Assembly: GCA_002256025.1 (NCBI GenBank)
Contig: NKIB01000132.1
Location: 1 to 35,049, forward strand
Length of the DNA stretch: 35,049 nt
DNA from: Asterionella formosa
Lineage: Eukaryota
Direction of reading: 5' to 3'
Shown: in pieces, positions 10,832 to 22,600 of the stretch
Position numbering within the stretch: the first letter of the stretch is position 1
Layout of the letters: each line of letters begins with the position of its first letter
Notes under the pieces: generated by a model
Databases searched by the model: none
Seen by the model: only the letters and a program-made list of their open reading frames with translations
What the model was told of the DNA's origin: nothing
Position numbers and translations under genes: made by a program

Positions 10832-11253
10832 TATGGTGCCAGGTACCAGGGTATGGTACCAGGTACCTGGTCCCGGCAGATGTGTTGCGAGTGCAAGGAG
10901 GCAGGGGACACTCCGTACTTCCTCGCTACGTGGAAAATTCCTTATGTGTATCGTGCACAGACCTCGTTGTCTTTTTATCAAATACTCTTGCAAAATTCTC
11001 AGATAACCGCGCGTACCATTTCTTGAAAATTACGCGCGACTACCATTTCGTCGAATCGAGTTTGAGCTCTGATCAGGCATTAAACATCCACGGGCAATAT
11101 GAACATGTTTCCAGTCCACGGCTTGATAGCACACGGTATACGAGTGTCCGGTACCGGCACCTGGTACCTGGTACCAGGTGGAGTGCCAGGTACTCCGTAT
11201 CTAATCATTCAAACCCTCTAGCTGTAGTTACCCTGGTACATGGTACCTGGTAC
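10832..11253. repeat. Three TA-CC(n)GG-TA clusters upstream of the 596-aa gene (10832-10876, 11146-11192, 11229-11253)
   Basis: Examples: CCAGG TA CCAGGG TA TGG TA CCAGG TA CCTGG; CCGG TA CCGG CA CCTGG TA CCTGG TA CCAGG; TA CCCTGG TA CATGG TA CCTGG TA. Confidence 0.8.
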
Positions 11254-11604
11254 AATTAGTTGGAGTACATATCGGCACCTTGATGTCACTTCACGTGCCG
11301 GATGCGGATGATAATATACCGGTAAATTCAAAAGTGAACGTATCCCTCATTACCTGTTACTAGGTATGTTCTGATTCCTGAGCCTGCTCGATTTTGTTTA
11401 GATAGAACACTGTAGATCCTATGTAGCACGGAATTGTGTTCAAGGAATGAAATATACCGGTAACACACACACATTATTGGTACAAAATATTTTAATGTTC
11501 GTTGACTATGCTCAATGCATTGTTCTTGGTTTCAAAAAAGCAGTCATTATCCATCGGACCAGTGGATAATGACAAATATTTAACATACAGACGGAGATCG
11601 AACG

Positions 11605-11748
11605 AAAAGACCGCAAAAGAACGCGAAGTTCGCAAAAGGTCGCAAACGTCACAAAAGAACGGCTCGAGCCGGATATCCGACGTTTTTCTACGGTCTTTTG
11701 CGAGGTTCACGTTCTTTTGCAGTCTTTTGCGAACTTCGCGTTCTTTTG
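11605..11748. repeat. Foldback structure built from a ~29-bp unit
   Basis: Perfect 25-bp inverted repeat CAAAAGAACGCGAAGTTCGCAAAAG (11614-11638 / 11724-11748). The right arm carries two tandem units. Confidence 0.85.
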
Positions 11749-11905
11749 GGAAAACGTGATGCCAGGTCGATTTTAGATAATCACAGTTTTTGTACGTGAC
11801 TTTTCGTACTTTAGAGTTTACGTAAACTCCCATTTATGTATCGATAAAATATTAGAAACATGCATATGTATATGATGGCTAATGGTACCTGGCACCACAT
11901 GAAAA

Positions 11906-12116
11906 CTGAGTGTCAACGTTTCAGTACTGCTTCTTTCGACTAAAATTATCGAAGTTTCTTACATTATAAAATTCGAACCAAGAACCGGTACGAACTATAT
12001 TGTATTCGATAGAACGGGGATAGCTGCAATTTAATCAGTTCTAAAGTAGAACATGCAGTTATGGAGATCGAAGCCATTTAATTTGATCCATTTCGACTCG
12101 TAACGTTGACTCTCAG
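11906..12116. mobile_element. Candidate MITE, 211 bp
   Basis: Terminal inverted repeats CTGAGTGTCAACGTT / AACGTTGACTCTCAG (14/15). AT-rich non-coding interior. Right flank is TA, left flank is AA. Confidence 0.5.
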
Positions 12117-12652
12117 TACATTTTTTGATGTATACATGAAGTTTTTAACCCACAAACCGTTTTATTGAACTCAATTGTTACCACAAAAACTATTCTATTA
12201 CTTTTGCTGATCCTATAATTAGCGGTACCAGCTACCAGTGCCAGGTTACCAGGGTATAAAGTGCCAATCATAGGAGTACCACTGGTAGCATATTCGTCAA
12301 GTATTCATTCAGACCTTGCATATCAATCACTTCAAATTCTCATCTGTCCGGTGGTCCTCCTCTTGTTTCAATTCATTTCACAGGTGATTTTTGTGATTTC
12401 AAGACAAATCCTGGTATGTTATGTTTTGGGTAGTCACGCCAAGAGGTCCCAGCTGATGTTCTACATTTAGGTAGAAGAGAATGCAAATTGATGTCGTTAT
12501 ATATTTTAACATAGCAAAAAAGTCTATTTGGACACTAAATGAATCTACCAACAGAAATACTTTCTAATACCTGTATACATATAAATAAAAGGTGATGCCA
12601 GCTGAATAAAACTAAAAATTAATTTAGCTTCTTTATTCCATTTCTCGTCAAC

Positions 12653-14272
12653 ATCATATCAACTATTTGCTTTTACTGTATACATTGAAAACCGAATAAT
12701 ATATTAACAAATATACTTTATGATTGATTTTTTCAATGATTATTGATAACATGTGTGTAAATATTTTATCCTGTTTTATTATCATTGCATTATTTTAACA
12801 TGATCATATTTTGATTAGAAGTATATCATAAACATTTTCATTATAGTTTTATGATCAATGTATCATAGCTATGTGACTAAAATTATTCAATATTACATAT
12901 CATATTTTGGTGATGTATGTATCGAAGTAGTCCTATCGTAATATCATATTATCATCTTATCAAAAATTCAATTTTGATTGCGAACTGTATACTGCATTGT
13001 ACTACCACGGAGTATGATATTATAACACGCACTGTAGTAACTAAGTACCGGTAACTGCTGTATTGTACACAAATCGACAGTGTATGATGTACACACAGGC
13101 TAAGCAGGTTTGAGGCAACAGACAGTTCCAATGAGTGAATGACGATACATTTACCAATCTTTCCAGCAGCAAAACACAATGATGAAGGACACTTGTCCCT
13201 TCATTGATGATGACACGGACACCGGCTTTTCCAGGAGCAAACAACAATGAAGAGAGCCACTTGTCGCTCTATCGATGGTAACAAAGATGCGGACAAGTTC
13301 AATAGTGAATACAAGAATAACATCCCAATGAAAATAAGTCTACAGTGCGTGTATGTACACGCTTATCAGGTTTGAGGCCACGGACAATTCCAACAAACAA
13401 ATGACGATACGGATATCAACTTTTTCCAGTGGCAAACCACAATGATAATGGTGAAGGTCATTCGTCCCTCTATTGCTGATGATATGGATACCGAGTTTTC
13501 CAGGAGCAAATTACAATAATGAGAGCCACTTGTCGCTCTATTGATGGAAATAAAGATGCAGACAAGTTCAACAGTGAATACAAGAACAACATTCCAAATG
13601 CGGAAACGAGTGGTACGAAAAAGGAATTGTAATCAGAATCATTTCATAACTATAACTATGTGGACAGCAGTCTGTTACATTTTCGTATCTCCTTCTAGCT
13701 ATTCTGAATCTCAATTGCAGATGTAGTATGTGAAAATTGAAAATGTCAACGAGAGCAAGGAATGTGTTTGTTATGAGTTGACTTGCTAGATTGTAATGCT
13801 GGTGGTTGACGAAATGGATTTAGCTACTGTGTGCGCTGTGTGCGGAACCATTCCGATTTTGTATGATTTCTTCTCTGTAAACTCTTAATTGACGAATGCT
13901 GATAATGAACATAGGATCACTTCACATGATGATAAATCAAAGATTTAATGATCAATTTACTGACAATTAAAGACGTTTTCGAAAACAATCATTCCACTCA
14001 TCATTGCCAGTATTTCGTCATTGTTGCAAAAATCGGCGTGAGGACTGATGACAATGAGCCAATGTATATTACTTTAGCTGGCTGGTACATTATCCTACCA
14101 AGAAATTTAAAAAAGGAGCCAAATAGAAAAAATACATATAATAATTAAATATTCATAGTCAACAGGGTTACTATTTAAATTACGAGGGCATTTATCAAAA
14201 TTATTAGATGATATAACGAAAAACGTATGATCAGATAATCATAATCCTATGATGCATCATAGAAAATATAGT
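12653..14272 (+). repeat. ~1.6-kb dispersed repeat with internal ~265-bp tandem duplication, copy 1
   Basis: Colinear with 25329-26872 from CATAT.AACT.TT.GCTTTTACTGTATACATT to TATGATCAGAT.ATCAT. AGAGCCACTTGTCGCTCTAT recurs at 13253 and 13522. Confidence 0.9.
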
Positions 14273-14467
14273 GAGTATCACCCAAAAGTATCACGAATAT
14301 TCAAAGGTTACAGGCTAGCTGTAAACACGTGCTTTTCCTTCCACACTTTGTGATAATCAACCAGTACTCAAACCATGTAGGAAATCTACATTTTATGTAC
14401 CAGTGTAGAATCAGTTGTCAATAGTACTGGTACCTGCTACTGGTACTTGAATCTAGGATAATGGCTC

Positions 14468-14718
14468 TGTTAGTTGGGCACGTTGTCTTTGATTTGAAGT
14501 TGTGTGGTTTGATTTCCGCAAATTTTTTGAGAAGGAATTGTTGGCTTCGACTCCCACACTCCTCACCATCCCGCGCGGTCTTGCCTGGTGTGCAAGGAAA
14601 AGTGGTTTGCCCCCCTACAAGCAGTGCCACCTTACTAGGTGGTCGGATTTTACCCTAATGCTGCGGCTAAGATGATCACCTTTTGCAAAAGACGGTTGGG
14701 GACTCACCTACTCTAACA
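14468..14718 (+). mobile_element. Candidate LTR (251 bp) upstream of copia remnant
   Basis: Bounded by TGTTAG...CTAACA and adjacent to a copia pol remnant. No matching TSD, second LTR or clear PBS seen. Confidence 0.35.
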
Positions 14719-14972
14719 AAACTAGGGAAGCACACAGACTTGTTGGCAGGCCGTGCTATGAAGATCCACGTGTAACTTGCTCCGTGGTCTTAGTAGAAAG
14801 CGCGTTATAAGTGAGTTTCAGTTTAAAATTGGTACTTTAATCTACCGGTATCTACACTTGAATTCCGGTAATATAGGTGTATGGAATCTATATTTGTATG
14901 AGGAGCTGTCCAAAGAATGTTAAGCTTATATGTGCATCATTTTGATCACTGTGATCAGTTGTACACAGTGCC

Positions 14973-16050
14973 ATGAGGCGACCTAAGATTAGGAAGCAAA
15001 TTCTCAAGTATGGCGTCAAGGTCCCACCAAAAAATGTCGACCATTCAATGGAATTGGATGAGCAAAGCGGAAACACATTCTGGCAAGAGGCAATCAAACA
15101 TGAGATTTACACACTTATCAAAATGGAAAGTTTCGAATTCAAGAACAATCCCAATTTCAACCCTGGAGTTGGATATCAATGGACAACACAGACAGTGATC
15201 TTTGACGTCAAACAAGACCTACAGTGCAAGGCAAGAATTGTGGCTGGTGGACATTGCTCTGGTTGATGATCTTGACAACAATATCTACTTTCAACTGCTG
15301 GGAAAGGCATAAGTGTCCGAATGCTACATGATATTGCACACAAGAAGAAGGTGAAGCTGCTTTGTGGAAATATTAGAAATGCCTACATCAATGCATTCAC
15401 TGATGAGCTGTTATATTGTCATACTTGACCAGAATTTGGAAAAAGTTGAAGGGATTAATCATTCTCATCCGAAAAGCACTATATTGCTTGAGGTCATTTT
15501 GGATGCCAGAAATACATACATGATTTGATTGCAAGAATTGAAATGATGTTTGGTGTGCAACCCCAAAGTACAATTCCAATGATTGTAAATTACCATCCAG
15601 AACTTGATGACACCACACTACTGGCTGTGTGATGATGAACATCAAAAGTTTTAGATGTTAATTGGCATGTTGAATTGGGTAGTAAAAATTGGAAGATTTG
15701 ATGATGCGCATCATGCCACAATTTCATTGTCAAGAATTGCTGTGTGTCCAAAAAAATGTCAATTAAAATTTTATAGCACATTAAAGCTATCCAATAATCG
15801 CACTTGGGCCAAAATAAATGGACACAATTAGCTAGTACCAGTTTTATCTGTCTGTATGGTACAATAGGACCTGTATTTTTCGGGCAGAGCGGGCAAGAAA
15901 TGATTGGTTGGAAGCTTCTGCCACCCTTGTAACTCCAAAGGAATTGTGTGATGCAAAAGAAGAGTATTTCAAAGTCCATTACAACTATATCGGCTCTGTT
16001 GACTCGGAATATTGATACCAAGAGATCTACGCACAAATTTTGGTTGATGG
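14973..16050 (+). pseudogene. Decayed Ty1/copia (CoDi-like) pol fragment: RT N-terminus to RNase H start, RT core deleted
   Basis: KYGVKVP..ELDEQSGNTFWQEAIKHE..IFDVKQD..KARIVAGGH; LLCGNIRNAYINAFTDE; KALYCLRS; YHPELDDTTLL; MLIGMLNWVVKIGRFD; DTKRST. Many stops and frameshifts. Confidence 0.88.
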
Positions 16051-16863
16051 GATGATTGCAGGATCGTCAACAACACTTACTTCGATAACCATACGCTAAA
16101 CACCAGAAATTTTCACGAAATGTGATGCTGCTTTGAATGATTTACAAGAAATCGGGATACTATTTTGCTATAATCGTAGCAGGCCAAAAAAAGCTGGAAT
16201 TTATCAAGCAGGCATATGCTAGCTCCTCCGATACATCTGTGGGAGGTTTTCTCTATTTAGAAAAAATTCGGCTTCTCAGGCGCTACAATCCATTCTTTGC
16301 GACACTGCGTTGTATGGAAAATGGACGTCAGCTGCCTATATTGATGACCAAGTCGTGCACTTGAATGACGACAACATAATGATGATGGCACGCAACAAGA
16401 CAAGATAAACAATCAAAATTTCGGCTTTTCCATTGGCAAAAGGGATGAAAATTCAACTCAGGATGATGTTTGTGCAAGTTTCAGGCAAGTCAGCAAACAA
16501 CTGCGCAACATCAGCAGTTGGGACACTGAAACATTTTGAAGAATCAAACCGACGCGAAAATCTCGACCTGCACGAGGAGACAAGTCAAGGAGTCAGGCGC
16601 TTTGTTGAAGAATAGGGCGCATCCGTGAAAGCATATCATGCATTACACTGTTCTGCTGCTAACCATGTGCTTAAATATGTTGAACTGCTTCTCGAATTTG
16701 TTTCTCACAACAAGCAGCTATAAGCAATCAATGTCTCAAACGAATACATGGTGATCCCACTATAATGTGAACGCTTACAAACCATGGGGATCTGTCAATT
16801 CAAACTTTCGTGTCTGAAATTTTGATAAATTTGGGTGTAGTCACATCTGCTGTGAATTTCACT

Positions 16864-19380
16864 GGCAATCCCCATCCTAGCTATCGTCTTGCTTTCGATG
16901 AGAACTGTGGGTGTCTAAGTAGTTTTTGTATTTAGGGGCAACATGGGGCACAGTTGATTCTTCGGCAGTCAATTTTAGGTTTGAGCAGCAGGGACCATCA
17001 GGCAACGTCAGGAGTAGAGTTTTCAAGAGAAAAAGTTTCGACAATTCAAAAATGCATTGACCACCAAATATACCGGTACCGGTATATGCATGAAAAATAG
17101 TCACACAAGAATGATTGTAACAAGCATCGAAAATTCAACACGATGTCATTAATCTACCAAAGTATGAAATGGATATCGAAAGGTAAGACGTGAAAATGAC
17201 AAGCAGGGAGTAGAATAAAAAGTGAAAAAGAAAATGGGTCAGCGGAAAAATCATGTGAAATTTTGTCAACGCATATTCATGAACAATTATCAATTCACAC
17301 TTTTTTGTCGTTGCAACGACAAAATTTTTCAGATCGGGCCTGGAGGAGCAGAAACCGATGCCTGAATGGATTAAGAGGCAATGCTGGTTTCTGAAATGAT
17401 TTGGACTTGTGGTTGCGGAGGTGTTGGAGGAGCAACAGCTTGATAGCGGAGGTTTCTTGGTGCTGGCGGTGCAGAATTCTGGCAGTATCCGGCAGGAGGA
17501 GGAGCAGGATGCATCGAAAATTTACTGGCTGATGTGGACGTTTGTGAATTGGAAAATCGAGGAGGACAGTTTTGATCAGGTTGATAGGGAGCAATGGAGT
17601 GATGTGTTGTTGGTGCTGGCGAGATACGTTGCCCACATTGTTTGCGACCTGGAGACTTTGCAATCTACGTGCGAGTTTCGATGAAAGTGGCTTGCTAGCA
17701 TTGGGAAACAGGAAAAGAATAATGTTAGTGTGTGTAAATTATACCTCGTAAAACAACAATCAACTGGCAACATATTTCACCGCATTGGACAAGCTAGTTT
17801 GACCAGTGTATACTGATTTGTTGCATCGTCAGGAAGTGGAGGAGTACTAACATGAAAATAGCTTTTATCAAGGTTCTGAAGAGGGAGAAATACGTTTCAT
17901 AATTAGTATACTTGACCATGGCGGGAACTCAAATATGACAATAACCATCAACAAGCACCTACCTGTCCTCTCTTCCTTGTTGAATACGTGCGTGTTAATG
18001 CAGAACACCGGTTCCATCATGTTCCGGCTGCTTTGCGGAGTTTGCGATAGCTCATTGAGATTGACGACTTTTCGTTTGTCATTGCTGTAGAAGATTATGC
18101 AGAAGTAACAAAAGTAATATTGTGATTAGAAAGCAATGAAACAATGCTATCGTAGGGCAGCGTAAAAAAGCCAGCACGTGAGCACTAAAACTTGCTGCCG
18201 AGATCTGATTTGAGATAGTGAAGGACACGTAGAAAACATACTACAAAAATATAGTCAAAATTTAACGGCTGATCATTTCTGACGAAAATACCGGTTCAAT
18301 GGCGAGATGGAAGCCTAACTTTGACCTACCATAACGTTTTGAGTTTTGATACTCAACAACTGATTGATGTCGCTTTTGAACAATCATTAATTTATTTATC
18401 ACTACATATAAAATCTAGCGAAGGAATTGACCGGAAAGGCTATCGGAAATCAACAGAAAGAGGAACCGAAATTTTGGCGCCACTGTGACGAAGCAAGCAT
18501 GATGCAATGATATGAATCCCATAAGAAATCGAATTATCCAACAACCAGCCAGATCCATTTGATGAAGAGTCAGTAATTGAGACATCAATGACCAGATTTT
18601 GTATACATCAGAACATGCTGGAAGATAGCAGGGATGTAAATAGTGGAATTGCCATCGACACTTTAAAGAAAACTATCATTTTGTGCCTTCATGTAGCTCG
18701 CTCCTCCTACTCTCGTCCAATTTGGGCAGTCGATTTTCCTTAAGTAAACGGCAGTCAATTGAGGGGCTGTAGATATCAGTAATCAAATTCCCGTAAATAA
18801 ACGGCAGTCGATTTCGGCAATAAAATCTAGGGGCTGTTGAAAATATTGAAGGTAGTTTGGCAGTTCAAAAACGGAGCATATGAAATGTACAAAATATGTT
18901 TTATATGATGGGCAATTGAAGGATTGAGTAATCCAAAAACTGTACATATGAAATCTACAAAATATGTTTTATATGATGGGCAATTGGCTAGTTTGCATCC
19001 AACATACAAACTATCTAAAATAGGTTTTCAATGTTAACTTAAAGGGCAATGTAGTGGCGAAAAGCGCGCCGATAGCCGGCGCCACTCATTCGGTCAACCT
19101 ACTCACGCCTCTCAAGCCTCGAACACAAGAATACTCGCAGGCAGTCTCCACCCTCGGTCGTGTATTACCTTCAGCAATTCACAAACTAGCTACCGGTATC
19201 AGCGGGCTTTTCGCGACTAAATTGCAATTTCGGGTATCATTTAAAAACTATTTTAAATGGTTTGTATGTGGGATACAAACTAGCCAATTGCCCTTCATAT
19301 AAAACATATATTTTTTATTTCATATATGTATAGTTTTTGGATTACTCATTACTGCAATTGGCCTTCATATATAACATATC
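16864..19380 (+). mobile_element. Decayed inverted-repeat element, GGCAAT family, copy B, ending in a ~490-bp foldback
   Basis: Starts GGCAATCCCCATCCTAGCTATCGTCTTGC like copy A. Shared blocks at 16864-17200, 18511-18670 and 18733-19176. Long inverted arms 18893-19082 / 19189-19380. Confidence 0.7.
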
Positions 19381-19676
19381 GGATTCTTTCCACCTAGACT
19401 CATCTCATGTCACAACACGTTTGGAGGTGCTACTCAAGCCTTTTGGTGGCACAACACCTGCTGATGTGGCAATCTTGGAAGAATTAAATGATGAGGCACA
19501 AAACGGTCATTTGGAGTTATCTTGGTACGATGAAGACAAGGACAATGAGTTCAAAAACAAAGCCATGATGGGGAATAAAAAACCATCCTCACACTTTAGC
19601 AGGCTATATAAGGATGTTTGTACCTGGTAGCACAGTATCATGTTATGGTTTGGTGCTGCCACATGTGACCTTCTAT

Positions 19677-22600
19677 TTATCGGCGACTGTAGTGACGGTT
19701 GTAGCGACCGTAGCGACGCTGCTGCACATTTTGTGACAACCAGATACATGCACATCCCAACAGAATGCTTCCAATAGCAACATTTCTCCAGTAGGCTTGG
19801 CGAGACGATAGTCGCTGGCTACGAGCTCTGGGACTGAGCAAGTCATTATCAGGATCTTCATCCCCACGAGGGGCACTCTTGACCTCGGTGTTGATGATGA
19901 ACTCACAAGGTGTTACATCAACAATCTTAACTTCCTCTTGTTTATCGACATTTTCATCCTGTATAAATGCTTTCCTTTCTACAGCACGCTCTATTTCGGC
20001 CCCATTGAACAAGATCGGAAATTCCCCTTCCTGCGATAGGTACGACGATGACTCAACGGTCTTAAGTGCTCGTGCTACGCTTGTTTTAGGGCAGCCACAT
20101 TAGTACACATTAAAAAGGCTTCTGGAAGGTATACAAGGGTGATTGTGACAACTGACCTTTCTTTTCATCAGTCTTGGGTTCCTTCGTCTTCTTGGCGGCC
20201 TCCTTCTTCCTGAAATCATCCATGGTGGTTGACACAGATAATAATTCAGGCTCATCGTCGTCGTCTTCAGTTTTACCACAGACCATTGCAGTGGTAAAGT
20301 ACTCTTCAACTTCCCGGCACGTCAAATTTTCTCTCCCAATCATCTGCAATCCCTCTGTATCGAATCGGCTAGCATCAGAATCGCGCTCAAGTTCCGCCAT
20401 GTGCATAGGAGTGGCAGTCGCACCGGGGCTAAAGTGAATCTCAACTCGGAATCGCCTTGGATCATCAACAGGGCGTCGTGAATCTTCGAAGAGACGAAGG
20501 ACAATTTGTGTAAGATAGCAGAGCTCGGGCGTGTTGCTAATAATGTGTTGACCTTCGTTAGAGAGGGGACAATTCTGTCCTTCCATTCCACCGAAGCGGA
20601 GAACGTTTAGCATTGTATGCAAATGACTTTCAGAAGTAAAATACAACCTTGTTCGGATTCGGCGCCCCATGGTGTTGATAGGTAGATCGGATCCGTAGTC
20701 CATGTTGATCATGTATCGCATATCAGCTTGGTTATCCGTTCGCGCAATAATCAAGTCGAATTTTATCTTTTCCAACAATGCACGACACATCTTGCTACCA
20801 ATGGATCGCTTTTCGGCAAGCGTCGTTCCATACTCTTGCGGTACCACACAGTCTGCGATTTCCTTGCTGACCTTGTAGAGCTTCTCCAAGGTGGTCGTTA
20901 AACCAATATGGGGATTGTGAAGCATGTCAAAGCGAACGTTGTCGTGAATGTCTGGGATACGAGACAGGTCAAACGTATCCTTATCTTCATCATAGAGATG
21001 GTTGTAGATGAATCGCCAGCGTTCCGTCAATTCCAACAGAGTTTCCCCCTTGTAAAGCTTTACCCCACTAAGCGCCTGATCTTCCTCGGTGTCGCCTTTC
21101 AATCCTTCTCCTCCCTCCAAGATATTCTCATCTCCACTAGCCATGGTACCTAGCATCTCCTCCAATTGATCGAGCAATTCTCCCATGGCGGTGCGGATTT
21201 TGAAGAGTGTCTTGCGAGGGTTGCCGAGGTGTTTAAATGCAGTGTGAAGCGACGCTAAACATTCCGGTCCAACTATAGCTTCATGTTCCAGCTTGGATGT
21301 AGTGTCAAAATCGATATCTTTTTGGAGTGCCCTGTTGATGTTGTCTTTGCATTCATCTTGCTCTATCTTCACTTCCTTGTTGCCCGATGGATCTAACATA
21401 TGCTGACTATCCTTTTCCTTGTGAACAAGTGAGACGAGAATAGGCGGGAGATCGCCTTCTAATTCTAATAAACCCTTTGCGAAAGCGGCAGCTGTCTTCA
21501 TGACACGTCCTTCATCACTTGTCTTGATTTTCAAATCGTGACGAAACGTAGAATGGAGGCGCAAAATACCACCCCCCGGAGCATCTGGGTAAAGTTCGTG
21601 GCGAAGGCGTTGCCCTAGATTGACAGCTTGCTTTTCCCCTAACTTTGTCAAATTGCCGCCCCACTTGAGAATGAGCTGAACTTCAGTGCATCTAGCCTGA
21701 TTTTCACCAAGTTCATCCGTGACCTCTTCCCACGAACGGGGCTTAATTTGCAGCTTCCGATTCAAGCCGACAATCTTCCATCGTTCCAAGACATCGCGCA
21801 TATGAAGCAACTTGTAGAGAATATCCTTTTCTGAAAGCTTGTGAAGGCTCACGGTACAGTCCTTCTGTTTCTCGGCAATCATGTTGGTAACCGTTTCTAA
21901 GAACTCAATCATTGGCAACCGATCCTTGACCTTGAGATCCTTCCGACAGTTACCGGCGTACTTCTCAAAGTAGTCCAAAATGGGTGTCTCTGTTGTGTTT
22001 ACCTTCAATTTCTGCTTCGGGGTCCGATCCCCATGACGAACAACAGCAATGACACACCGAAGTTCTTCTTGGTGCGACCCTCTCTTATTGATGATTTCGT
22101 CGTCGCCAGCCAACGAACCACAGTCGGACCCATTTCTGGATGCACTCATGGATGCAGGTTCCGATGCGAGCGTATCGGGAATTTGTCTCACTGGCACTGC
22201 ACCATCTTCCAAGGTAGTGGCTGCAGATACAGATGCCGCGGATTGTGCATCCTCATCTGGAGGAGGCGTCGACTCGAGTCGAGTCAACATGCGGGAAACG
22301 TTCTTCTGTAATTGTCCTGTGACACGACGAAAAATTGGAAAAGAACGATGATCGATCTCTTCATCCAGGTCTACACTCGTGGTCACGAGAGGGTGCAGAG
22401 TGGAAAAGCACCGGAGCGAATTCGGAGAGCACATGGCCAGCATATGTTCTGTTAGGATTTGAGCACAGTCATCATAATACTTGCTAAAGGAGGTAATATA
22501 TTACAGGGTCAGAGCCTCGAAATTGCATCAGCATTATGAAAGCGAAAAATGATTGTAACAAGGCGCTATAGCCAACTGAAATACGTACCGACTATTTTTG

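Noticed and set aside
10755..11259. Short ORFs containing VPGTR/YQVPG peptides (also 26879-27265)
   Set aside because: The peptides are translations of the GGTACC-rich clusters; no other coding signal.
13070..13600. CRISPR-like repeat/spacer array
   Set aside because: The intervening sequences are themselves repeated and degenerate; eukaryotic context with no cas genes.
17295..17773. Overlapping 65-122 aa ORFs inside element B as a real gene
   Set aside because: No recognisable motif; the Pro-rich minus-strand frame is interrupted by stops. Treated as decayed element content.
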